The translations under genes and the position numbers were made by a program. Shown here piece by piece: positions 56,812 through 64,000 of a DNA stretch of 64,000 nt. The stretch is from Steroidobacterales bacterium (GTDB taxonomy: Bacteria; Pseudomonadota; Gammaproteobacteria; Steroidobacterales; Steroidobacteraceae): contig JBIODC010000004.1 in the NCBI GenBank assembly GCA_044440135.1, positions 11,835 through 75,834 of the forward strand, read 5' to 3'. The notes under the pieces were generated by a model that saw nothing but the letters and a program-made list of their open reading frames with translations, made no database searches and had not been told where the DNA came from. Within the stretch, counting starts at the first letter, position 1; each line of letters opens with the position of its first letter.

Positions 56812-57974
56812 CGGGCGCTGGAGCTGCATTCGCGCCGTGGCATGAGGGCCCCGGATCTTCGGTCGAGCATGTCGCGATAGACTGCATTCAGCTTGCGGCC
56901 GATGGCCGCGATGGACAGCTCGCGGTCGAAGTGCGCGCGCACCGATGCGCGCAGATCCTTGCCCGACCGCATCCAGATCGATACCAGCGCCAGCGCCAGG
57001 CGCTGCGCGCTACCGCATGGCCAGAGCTCGCCAACCATGGCATCGCCGGTGAGCGCGCGAAAGGCAGGGATGTCCGACACCACCGGCGGGACACCGCAGG
57101 CCATCGCCTCCAGCAGCGCGTAGCCGCTGCCTTCGCGGCGACTTCCGAGTACGAACAGATCCGCCGCGCGCATCACCTGTTGAATCTGCTCGTGGGGCAC
57201 GCTTCCCATCAGGCGGGTTCTCGCAGCCAGTCTCGGGTCCTGCGCGATGCGCCGCTGCACCGCTGCCAGCAACGGCGCGCTACCGAAATAGCACCACAGG
57301 CGCAGGCCGGGCAGGCGCTCAGCCGCCGCGCTCACGCCATCGAGCACGGTCAGTGGATCCTTGTTCTCGTTCAAGTGTCCCACCCACAGGACGCATGGGT
57401 CACCGTGCAGTCCGGTCGCGCGTTGCGCCTGAGCCTGATCTCCCGGCGCGAAATGGCTGGTCCCCTCGGGAACCTCGTAGACCACGGTGGACGCACTGAC
57501 GAGACCGGCATCCCGGAACGGCATGGCCTGCTCTTTGGCACAGAAGCATAGGCCCGAGGCCGCCGACAGGCAGCGGCGCCATAACGGCCGTCGCCATTTG
57601 CGCGGTGGCTGATCGGCATGATCCTGCAGCAGCATCGGGGTTCGCGGCGCGAGCTTCGCGAGCGCCAGCACTTCGTGCGGAAAGCCGAGGCCGTGCACAT
57701 GCAGCACATCGGCATTCAGATCACGGATCAGCCGACGCAGCCCCGATCCCCGCGCAATACCGGACGCATGCCGATGCGGCGCCAGGAAGTGATAGGTGAT
57801 GTCACGTTGGGTGAGGGTCTGTGCGCGCGAGCTGGCCTGGATGACCGACACCTGGGCCCCACCGCCGCAGGCGGCCTGCGCCACGTCGACCATCGTCGGC
57901 CAATCGTGCAGCAGCTGCTGCGGCTCGCGTTGGCGAGGGTCGATGAAGAAGCCGATCTGTGCCACGCGCAGCAT
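56808..57974 (-). CDS. Glycosyltransferase family 4 (GT-B)
   Basis: ATG 57974 (MLRVAQIGFFIDP...) overlaps the upstream TGA (TGATG). C-terminal REGSGYALLEAMACGVPPVVSD. The 90 upstream track codons were rejected. Confidence 0.85.
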   Translation of the reverse strand: MLRVAQIGFFIDPRQREPQQLLHDWPTMVDVAQAACGGGAQVSVIQASSRAQTLTQRDITYHFLAPHRHASGIARGSGLRRLIRDLNADVLHVHGLGFPHEVLALAKLAPRTPMLLQDHADQPPRKWRRPLWRRCLSAASGLCFCAKEQAMPFRDAGLVSASTVVYEVPEGTSHFAPGDQAQAQRATGLHGDPCVLWVGHLNENKDPLTVLDGVSAAAERLPGLRLWCYFGSAPLLAAVQRRIAQDPRLAARTRLMGSVPHEQIQQVMRAADLFVLGSRREGSGYALLEAMACGVPPVVSDIPAFRALTGDAMVGELWPCGSAQRLALALVSIWMRSGKDLRASVRAHFDRELSIAAIGRKLNAVYRDMLDRRSGALMPRRECSSSAR

Positions 57975-59551
57975 CAGATTCCGGTCACTCGCGGATCGGC
58001 GAGGCGCACGAGTCGCTTCGACAGATCGAGTTCCCACGGCCGGTCGTAGAGGCGCAACCGATAACGCCAGGAGGCCAGCGCACTCAGGGTCGATTTGGTC
58101 CATGATCGGGTGCGCACGTCCTGCACGGTCGGGAATCGGCAGCCGAGCACCGTGACGAAATTGCGGATCCGCCGCCGCAGGCGCTCGCTCACCCACGGCG
58201 CGGCGGCATGGCACGCATAGTCGACCCACTGGCGCTCGGTCCATTCCTCCGGGCTGCGCGGGAAACGAACCGGATGGCCCGCGAGATTTAGCAGCGGCGG
58301 CGCGGCCGCGCCGCTGCGGGCATCATTCGGCAGATTCTCCGCGGGCAGCGGCGTGTAGATGTAGACGATGATCTCCGCGAACGGATTGACCCGCTTGAGC
58401 TCCCGAATGAACTCGAAAGTGCGCTCGGTCTCGCCCTCAGGATCGACCGGTGGCGCCACCATGAATGACAGTTCGGGTATGACGTCGTGGCGGCGACACA
58501 GTTCGGCCACCGCGATGGTCTGATCCGAGCGGGTGCCTTTGCGGATGCTCCTGAGCATCGCATCGTTCGGAGACTCGGCACCGATGTAGGCCATGCGCAG
58601 CCGGCTCTTGCGCACCAGGCTCCATGAGGCGTCGGTGAGGCCGAGCAGAGCGTCGGCACGGGCGTAACACCACCACGGCATCTGCACCCTCGAGAGCACC
58701 TGCAGCAGCGGAATCATGTCGTCTTCGCGGTCAAAGAAGTTGTGATCGAAAAACTGGATCGAGTCCGCGCCGAGTCGATCCCGCAGCCACAACAGGTCCC
58801 GCTCCAATCGGAGCGGCGGCGGCAGCGCCGTGGCTCCCCGAAACATCCCGGCCACGCCGCAGAAGGTGCAGCGGAAGCGGCAGCCGAGCGCGGCCTGGTG
58901 GGCCACGGTGCGTTGCCCGAGAAAGGTCCTGGCCAGGTATGCGCGCGGATCCCCCAGGCTGTGGTACGGCAGCGGTCGCGGCGATCGGCGATCGGCCGGC
59001 CGTCGATCCCGGTTGATGACGATCTCACCGCCTCGCTTCCATGTGATCCCATCAATCGACTCGAGCGCATCGCGTTCGCCGGCGCTGATTGCCTGCAGCA
59101 GTTGCGCGAAAGTCTGTTCGCCCTGACCCCGGACCGCGTAGTCCACGTAGGGCGCGTTGATGGCCGCGCCGCGGTACAGGGTCGGGAAATATCCACCCCA
59201 GACGATCGGCGTTGCCGCAGATGCCGCGCGCACCGCGAGCGAAGCGTCGATCGCGGTACGCACCTGCGGGCCTCCCATCACCGAGACGCCGACGGCGTCA
59301 AAGCACTGTTGCGACAGCGCTTGCCGGATCGTGTTGATGTAGTCGCGGTCGACATTGCCGTCGATGATCCGGCAGTCATAGTCCGGCTCCAGGGATGCCG
59401 CGAGCGCCAGCAATGACAGTGGAAAGCGCGCGCCGCGCCGCGAGGTGATCGTCGGATTGATCAGCAGAATCCGGCGTGCCGCTTCGGTCAGGGACGTGGC
59501 CGCAGTCACGGGCATCGGCAACCTTCTGCTGGTGGTCGGTGTGGTTCTCAT
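57974..59551 (-). CDS. B12-binding-domain radical SAM protein (no. 2)
   Basis: N-terminal RILLINPT...LLALAASL B12-binding-like region and radical-SAM CRFRCTFC. 525 aa. An alternative start is ATG 59515. Confidence 0.85.
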   Translation of the reverse strand: MRTTPTTSRRLPMPVTAATSLTEAARRILLINPTITSRRGARFPLSLLALAASLEPDYDCRIIDGNVDRDYINTIRQALSQQCFDAVGVSVMGGPQVRTAIDASLAVRAASAATPIVWGGYFPTLYRGAAINAPYVDYAVRGQGEQTFAQLLQAISAGERDALESIDGITWKRGGEIVINRDRRPADRRSPRPLPYHSLGDPRAYLARTFLGQRTVAHQAALGCRFRCTFCGVAGMFRGATALPPPLRLERDLLWLRDRLGADSIQFFDHNFFDREDDMIPLLQVLSRVQMPWWCYARADALLGLTDASWSLVRKSRLRMAYIGAESPNDAMLRSIRKGTRSDQTIAVAELCRRHDVIPELSFMVAPPVDPEGETERTFEFIRELKRVNPFAEIIVYIYTPLPAENLPNDARSGAAAPPLLNLAGHPVRFPRSPEEWTERQWVDYACHAAAPWVSERLRRRIRNFVTVLGCRFPTVQDVRTRSWTKSTLSALASWRYRLRLYDRPWELDLSKRLVRLADPRVTGI

Positions 59552-59557
59552 GCAGGT

Positions 59558-60271
59558 TCAGCTGAGCTTCAGGATCGCCAGCCTCTCGTTGACGAAGTCA
59601 CGCTCGGCGACCACCGCTATCGCAAACCCGCCGCGACGAAACTGGCCGACGAACTCGCGCGCTCCGCCGTAGTTAGATAGCAGCACCAGGGCAAATCCCG
59701 ATGGCGTCAGATGGTCCCTCAACCCGGACGCAAATCGTTCGGCAACGTCGGTCGATCGCCAGGCGCGATCGGCGTCGTCCCGGGGCACGCCGTGCAGGAA
59801 CGGCGGATTGAACAGCACCACGTCGAAGCGGCGACCGGTGAGCGGTGCGAACAGATCCCCGTGCAGCACCTCGATTCTGTCCTCGCACCGGTGGATCATC
59901 GTGTTGATACGGGCGCAGCGTACCGCCGCGGGATTGATGTCCACGGCGGCGACGTGCCGCGCATGCCTGGCGGCGAACAGCGCACACACGCCCGATCCGG
60001 TGCCCATGTCGAGCACGTCGGCATCGGCAGGCAGCAGGTCGGAGCGCAATTGCGACGCGAAGAACTCGCCGGTCCGCGTCAGCCGCGGATTGAGCACGCC
60101 CGGTGCGACCAGCAATGGCAGGCCGCCGACCTGCTCGAGCACGAAGTCATGCTGTCGCAGGTAGCGCGACAGGCGATAGCGCCAATGCAGCAGCCTGCCG
60201 ATGGCGCGCCGGATCGCGCCGTAGCCGGGCGCATCCAGCAGCGCCTGCAATGTCCGAGTCTGCGCGCCCAT
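59558..60271 (-). CDS. Methyltransferase of the HemK/PrmC-like (NPPF motif) type
   Basis: ATG 60271 (MGAQTRTLQALL...). Motif I VLDMGTGSGVCALFAA and motif IV VVLFNPPFL. 237 aa. The 277 upstream track codons were rejected because they overlap the rSAM gene. Confidence 0.8.
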   Translation of the reverse strand: MGAQTRTLQALLDAPGYGAIRRAIGRLLHWRYRLSRYLRQHDFVLEQVGGLPLLVAPGVLNPRLTRTGEFFASQLRSDLLPADADVLDMGTGSGVCALFAARHARHVAAVDINPAAVRCARINTMIHRCEDRIEVLHGDLFAPLTGRRFDVVLFNPPFLHGVPRDDADRAWRSTDVAERFASGLRDHLTPSGFALVLLSNYGGAREFVGQFRRGGFAIAVVAERDFVNERLAILKLS

Positions 60272-60288
60272 GGGTTCGGACTGACGGC

Positions 60289-61344
60289 TCAGACCGCGGC
60301 GGTCCGCGCCGGGCACAGTTCCCAGTCGGCGACGCCGCTCGGCTCTCGCCACATCGAACACACGCAGGTCGCGCACTCGGGGCGCCGCCGCTGCCCGATA
60401 TCGTGGCGCAGGCTCGTCATCGCATCGCCATTCAGGGCTGCCAGCAGATCGTCGTGCACCCGCGCCTCCGCCGGTCCGGGAATGAAATAGCACGGATGCA
60501 CCTGACCCTGTGCGTCGATCACCGCCGAGAACTCGGGTGCATTGCACCGCACCGCCGGATAGGCGCCCTGTCCGCAGACCGCGGCAAAGTATTGCAGGAT
60601 GCGCCCGAGCTTCTGCGGGCTCTCGGCGATGAAACCGGAGCGAAACTCCGCGGCACATTGCTGCGCCAGATCGCGCAACAGCTGTTCGAACAGCGGCAAA
60701 TCCTGTGGATGCAGGGCCAGATCCGAGCTGAATGCATCGGTGCGCCCGAATGCATGCGGGTTCGCAACATCGACCGCGAGAAACGAAATCCGATGCACGC
60801 CGGTCTGCCGGGCCAGCTCGACGAACCGCGGCAACTCGCGGTAGTTGGCCCGTTGCAGGGTGACCCGCAGGCTGATCCGCGCCCCGGCCACGGCGGCAGC
60901 GCGGATGCCTTCGCACACCTTGTCGAACGCGTCCAGGCCGCGAATGGCCGCGTAGGTTGCAGCGTTGGTGCCGTCCAACGATACGGTGATGGCATCGAAC
61001 AGCTCCGAGGCCTGCCGTGCGTGCCTGGTCAGCGACAGCCCGGAGGTCAACAGCCATGGGACCAGCCCGTTCGATTGCAGCAGGCGGGCGATGTCTGCCC
61101 ATTGCGGATTGATCAGCGGCTCGCCGCCGGACAGCTGGACCACGCGGGTCTGCAACTGCTTCAGGCTTGGCAGCAGCCGCTCGACCGATTCGAGATTCAT
61201 ATCGGCTCGACCATGTCGCCAGTAGTCACACGTCACGCAGCGTGAATTGCAGCGCTCGGTCAGGTACAGCGTGACCAGCGGCAGCCGTTGCAGCGGGCTC
61301 GGATCCGCCGGACGATTCGTCAGATGCACACGCGTACCGAGCAT
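60289..61344 (-). CDS. Radical SAM protein with C-terminal SPASM/twitch-like Cys cluster; no N-terminal RRE-sized extension
   Basis: SD AGGGGAA. CNSRCVTC at residues 32-39. C-terminal C-x12-G-x4-C (CNAPEFSAVIDAQGQVHPC) followed by CATCVC. Confidence 0.85.
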   Translation of the reverse strand: MLGTRVHLTNRPADPSPLQRLPLVTLYLTERCNSRCVTCDYWRHGRADMNLESVERLLPSLKQLQTRVVQLSGGEPLINPQWADIARLLQSNGLVPWLLTSGLSLTRHARQASELFDAITVSLDGTNAATYAAIRGLDAFDKVCEGIRAAAVAGARISLRVTLQRANYRELPRFVELARQTGVHRISFLAVDVANPHAFGRTDAFSSDLALHPQDLPLFEQLLRDLAQQCAAEFRSGFIAESPQKLGRILQYFAAVCGQGAYPAVRCNAPEFSAVIDAQGQVHPCYFIPGPAEARVHDDLLAALNGDAMTSLRHDIGQRRRPECATCVCSMWREPSGVADWELCPARTAAV

Positions 61345-61534
61345 GGTTCCCCTGGCCAGCGGCCAACAATCGCTCGCGCCGTGCCGGAGGGAGCGCGAGC
61401 AGGCAGCGGGCGGATCTGGACGCTACCTATGCGGTTAGTGCCTCGAGCGATCGGGTTGGTTGTTTCGACGGCTGCATCGCGCGCCTCGCCCGCTGCACTC
61501 GTGACCGGCTGCGTGTATAAGACTTGAGCTTGCG

Positions 61535-62377
61535 ATGAAGCCGCCTGCAACCGGACTGCTGGGTGACACTGCCGCACGCGACTATTCCGGCAAGTTGAAG
61601 CAATTCAACGCGTTTGCGCAGCCCGAGCTGCGGGCGGCGATGGCCAGTCTGCGGTTGCAGCCGGGCATGCGCGTGCTCGACGCCGGCTGCGGGACCGGCG
61701 AGGCCCTGGGCTGGCTGGCCGATGCGGTCGGGAAGGATGGCGCGGTCATCGGCATGGAGCTCGCGGCGGCCCATGCGACGATGGCCCGGGCCACCGCGGC
61801 GCCGTCGGCACTGGTGCTACAGGCTGACCTGATGAAAGCGCCGTTGCGCAGCGGCGCATTCGATCTGATCTGGTCGGTGAATACGATCAACCATCTGCGC
61901 GATCCGCTCGCCGGCATGAGATCTCTGGCCGCGCTGCTGCGGCCGCGTGGCCGGATTGCGCTCGGCCAGAGCTCGTTGCTGCCGGACATGCTGTTCGCCT
62001 GGGACGCGCGCCTCGAGCGGCTCACCACCGACGCGGTGCGCCAGTATTACCGTGATCGCTACGGCCTCAGCGAGCTCGACTTGGCCGCGGTGCGCTCGCT
62101 GGTGGGTTGGCTGCACGGCGCTGAGCTGGCAAACGTCAGCGTGCGCACATCAACGCTCGAGCGCATCTGGCCGCTGGACGCCGCGAGCGAGAATTATCTT
62201 CGGGACGTGATCTTCCGCGATACCTGGGGCGAGCGGCTGCGTCCGTACCTGTCCGCCCAGGACTACGATCAGCTCGCCCGCCTGTGCGATCCGCACAGTC
62301 CGGAATATGCGCTGCGCCGACCGGACCTGCATGTGGTGCAGACCTTCACGCTGGCGGTAGCGGAAATTCCACGGTGA
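61535..62377 (+). CDS. Class I SAM-dependent methyltransferase
   Basis: Motif I VLDAGCGTGEALGWLA and FDLIWSVNTINHL. 280 aa. Confidence 0.85.
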   Translation: MKPPATGLLGDTAARDYSGKLKQFNAFAQPELRAAMASLRLQPGMRVLDAGCGTGEALGWLADAVGKDGAVIGMELAAAHATMARATAAPSALVLQADLMKAPLRSGAFDLIWSVNTINHLRDPLAGMRSLAALLRPRGRIALGQSSLLPDMLFAWDARLERLTTDAVRQYYRDRYGLSELDLAAVRSLVGWLHGAELANVSVRTSTLERIWPLDAASENYLRDVIFRDTWGERLRPYLSAQDYDQLARLCDPHSPEYALRRPDLHVVQTFTLAVAEIPR

Positions 62378-62405
62378 CCTGAAGTCACCGCGCAGGTAAG
62401 CGCGG
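62373..62405. terminator. Two adjacent or alternative GC hairpins between convergent genes (possible bidirectional terminator; no U-tract)
   Basis: GGTGAC-ctgaa-GTCACC spans 62373-62389 and covers the methyltransferase stop. CCGCGC-aggtaa-GCGCGG spans 62388-62405. No T-run follows on either strand. Confidence 0.3.
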
Positions 62406-62452
62406 CCTCCTCATTTCCTCCGGAGATCATCGTCATACCGGGCGCGTGACGG

Positions 62453-63802
62453 CTAGCGCATCGTGACCATCTCTTCGGCGCTGGTCGGATGAATCGCGAT
62501 GGTATCGTCGAAGTCGGCCTTGGTCGCGCCCATGCGCAGCGCCACGGCAAAGCCCTGCAGCATTTCGTCGGCGCCCTCGCCAATGACATGGATGCCGACG
62601 ATCTTCTGCGTCGGGCCGACGGTGATCATCTTCATGTGCTCGCGTGGCTTGCGCGTCGTCAGTACGTGATACATCGGCATGAAGGTGGACGTGAATACCT
62701 TGACCGTGTCGCCATAGCGCGCCCGAGCATCGTTCTCGGCCAGGCCGACGGAACCGACCGGGGGATGGCTGAACACCACCGACGGAATGTTCTCATAGTC
62801 AACCTTGCGCCCCGCCTGCCCGCCGAACAGGCGATCCGACAGCCGCCGCCCGGCGGCGATGGCGACCGGGGTCAGGCCGGCTCGGGGCGTCACATCGCCG
62901 ATGGCATAGAGATGCTGCAGATTGGTCTGCTGCAGGTCATCGGTAATGACATGTCCCATCCGGTCGACGCTCACGCCCAGCTTCTCCAATCCCATGTCGA
63001 CGCTCCTCGGCGCGCGGCCCACCGCCCAGATCAGACAATCGAAGTGGCCGAGCACGCGGCCGTCCTCGACGTTCAGCTCGAGCAGTCCGGCGGCATTGCG
63101 CGTCAATGACTTCGGTACCGCGCCGGTGGCGATGTCGATGCCTTCCTCGCGCATGATCTGCATCAGCGAGTCGCCGAGCATCGCATCGAAGTTTCGCAGG
63201 ATGCGCTGGTGCCGCAACACCACGGTGGTGCGCGAGCCCAGTGCCGAGAAAATGCCGCTGAGCTCGGCGGCGACGTAACCGCTGCCGATCACGGCAACGC
63301 TGTCGGGGCGCGCGCCGAGCTCGAAGAATCCATCCGAAGTGATGCCGAGCGCGGCGCCGGGCAGGCGCGGCACGATCGGATGGCCACCGGTTGCGATCAC
63401 GATGCTGCCGGCCGACAGCACCCGGTCGCCGACCTGTATCGATTGCGGCGTCAGCAGCCGCGCATGGCCGCGCAGCAGCTCGACCTGGCGCTTGGCAAGG
63501 TTGCGCTCGTAGATCGCGTTGAGACGGGTGATGAACTCGTCGCGCATCTGCCGCAGCAGCGCCCAATCATGCCGGCACAGCGAGATATCGAAACCGTAGC
63601 CGGCCGCATCGCGCAGCGCGTGAGCCAGCTCGCCGGCATTCCACATGACCTTCTTAGGCACGCAGCCGACGTTGACACAGGTGCCGCCGAGGCGGCCCAT
63701 TTCCACCACCAGCGCCCGGGCCCCGTATTCGGCGGCGCGCTGGGCACACGCCAGTCCGCCGCTGCCGCCGCCGATCACAATCAGGTCATAGTCGGAAGCC
63801 AT
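62453..63802 (-). CDS. gor: Glutathione-disulfide reductase
   Basis: ATG 63802 ([16 protein letters not shown]...); the track start 63811 is TTG. Redox-active [13 protein letters not shown]. 449 aa. Confidence 0.9.
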   Translation of the reverse strand: MASDYDLIVIGGGSGGLACAQRAAEYGARALVVEMGRLGGTCVNVGCVPKKVMWNAGELAHALRDAAGYGFDISLCRHDWALLRQMRDEFITRLNAIYERNLAKRQVELLRGHARLLTPQSIQVGDRVLSAGSIVIATGGHPIVPRLPGAALGITSDGFFELGARPDSVAVIGSGYVAAELSGIFSALGSRTTVVLRHQRILRNFDAMLGDSLMQIMREEGIDIATGAVPKSLTRNAAGLLELNVEDGRVLGHFDCLIWAVGRAPRSVDMGLEKLGVSVDRMGHVITDDLQQTNLQHLYAIGDVTPRAGLTPVAIAAGRRLSDRLFGGQAGRKVDYENIPSVVFSHPPVGSVGLAENDARARYGDTVKVFTSTFMPMYHVLTTRKPREHMKMITVGPTQKIVGIHVIGEGADEMLQGFAVALRMGATKADFDDTIAIHPTSAEEMVTMR

Positions 63803-63899
63803 CGGATGCAACCTCGTCGGTATCGATGCCGCAAAATGGCCATGTTACACCGGCCACTCATGGCTAAAATGCCCGCCTGCCATGCCGAGGTTGCCATCG

Positions 63900-64000
63900 A
63901 TGTCCGCTGCCACGCCAGACAATCCGTTGCTCGAAGACACGCCGCTGCCGCGTTTCGACGCCATCCGGCCCGAACACGTCGAACCGGCCATGTCGCGGGT
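63900..64000 (+). CDS. prlC: Oligopeptidase A, N-terminal fragment; runs off the right edge
   Basis: MSAATPDNPLLEDTPLPRFDAIRPEHVEPAMSR resembles the OpdA N-terminus (NPLL...LPxFxxIxPEHVxPA). Not in the ORF track because no stop falls in the window. An alternative in-frame ATG is at 63882. Confidence 0.6.
   Translation, partial: MSAATPDNPLLEDTPLPRFDAIRPEHVEPAMSR

Noticed and set aside
61427-61477. 16-aa minus-strand ORF MQPSKQPTRSLEALTA, 82 nt upstream of the rSAM/SPASM gene
   Set aside because: It is very short, has no Cys, Tyr or other obvious modification handle, has no convincing SD, and overlaps the plus-strand candidate ORF. It cannot be told apart from chance.
43084-62377. Interpretation as a lasso-peptide cluster, because HPr-kinase-like, PF14907-like and sulfotransferase genes co-occur
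   Set aside because: There is no Asn-synthetase-like cyclase, no transglutaminase-like B protein, no PqqD/RRE ORF and no precursor. The accessory trio alone does not define a lasso cluster.
1-64000. Mobile elements, CRISPR arrays, tRNA/rRNA genes and prophage or defence-island signatures
   Set aside because: No transposase, integrase or recombinase-like ORF was seen. There are no regularly spaced repeats, and no tRNA-like T-arm or acceptor pattern was noticed. The only tandem repeat is the coding 24-mer at 11706-11771. tRNAscan or Infernal would be needed for formal exclusion.

Overview
High-GC (about 65-70% G+C by hand counts, not computed) proteobacterial chromosome segment. Gene content and motifs look most like a Xanthomonadales/Lysobacterales-type gammaproteobacterium, but that is inference only. 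I support about 60 protein-coding genes. They are densely packed and many are translationally coupled through ATGA, TGATG, GTGA or TTGA overlaps. I saw no rRNA, tRNA, CRISPR array, transposase or integrase.

**Left two thirds (1-43 kb), mostly recognisable functions:**
- DUF885 lipoprotein, pseudouridine synthase, IorAB-type molybdoenzyme, rimO.
- A COG0523/WD40 operon.
- A TonB_C / Ser-Thr kinase / CheA-like ATPase operon.
- pobA, a TonB-dependent receptor and pobR.
- A ferredoxin plus ferredoxin reductase pair, ExeAB-like genes, fadE, mdh.
- A GntR-ABC-Dps operon, a CDGSH protein, an Mla/MCE-type transporter, a TorF-like porin.
- An ECF sigma / anti-sigma / S8 peptidase array.

**Right third (about 43-62.4 kb), the most unusual part:** a tightly packed tailoring supercluster.
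- HPr-kinase-like P-loop protein, PF14907-like nucleotidyltransferase, TPST-like sulfotransferase.
- One radical-SAM/SPASM enzyme and two B12-binding radical-SAM enzymes.
- Four class-I methyltransferases, one with an NPPF motif.
- Two GT4 glycosyltransferases, an Acyl_transf_3/SGNH acyltransferase, an MsbA/PglK-type ABC exporter.
- A translationally coupled lipoprotein plus outer-membrane barrel pair, each carrying one CxxCH motif.

I found no scaffold gene for this cluster: no precursor peptide, lasso cyclase, RRE/PqqD, NRPS/PKS or polysaccharide polymerase. The product class stays open between a RiPP-like peptide and a decorated glycoconjugate. gor and the start of prlC close the window.

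All family calls come from motifs read by eye. No searches were run.
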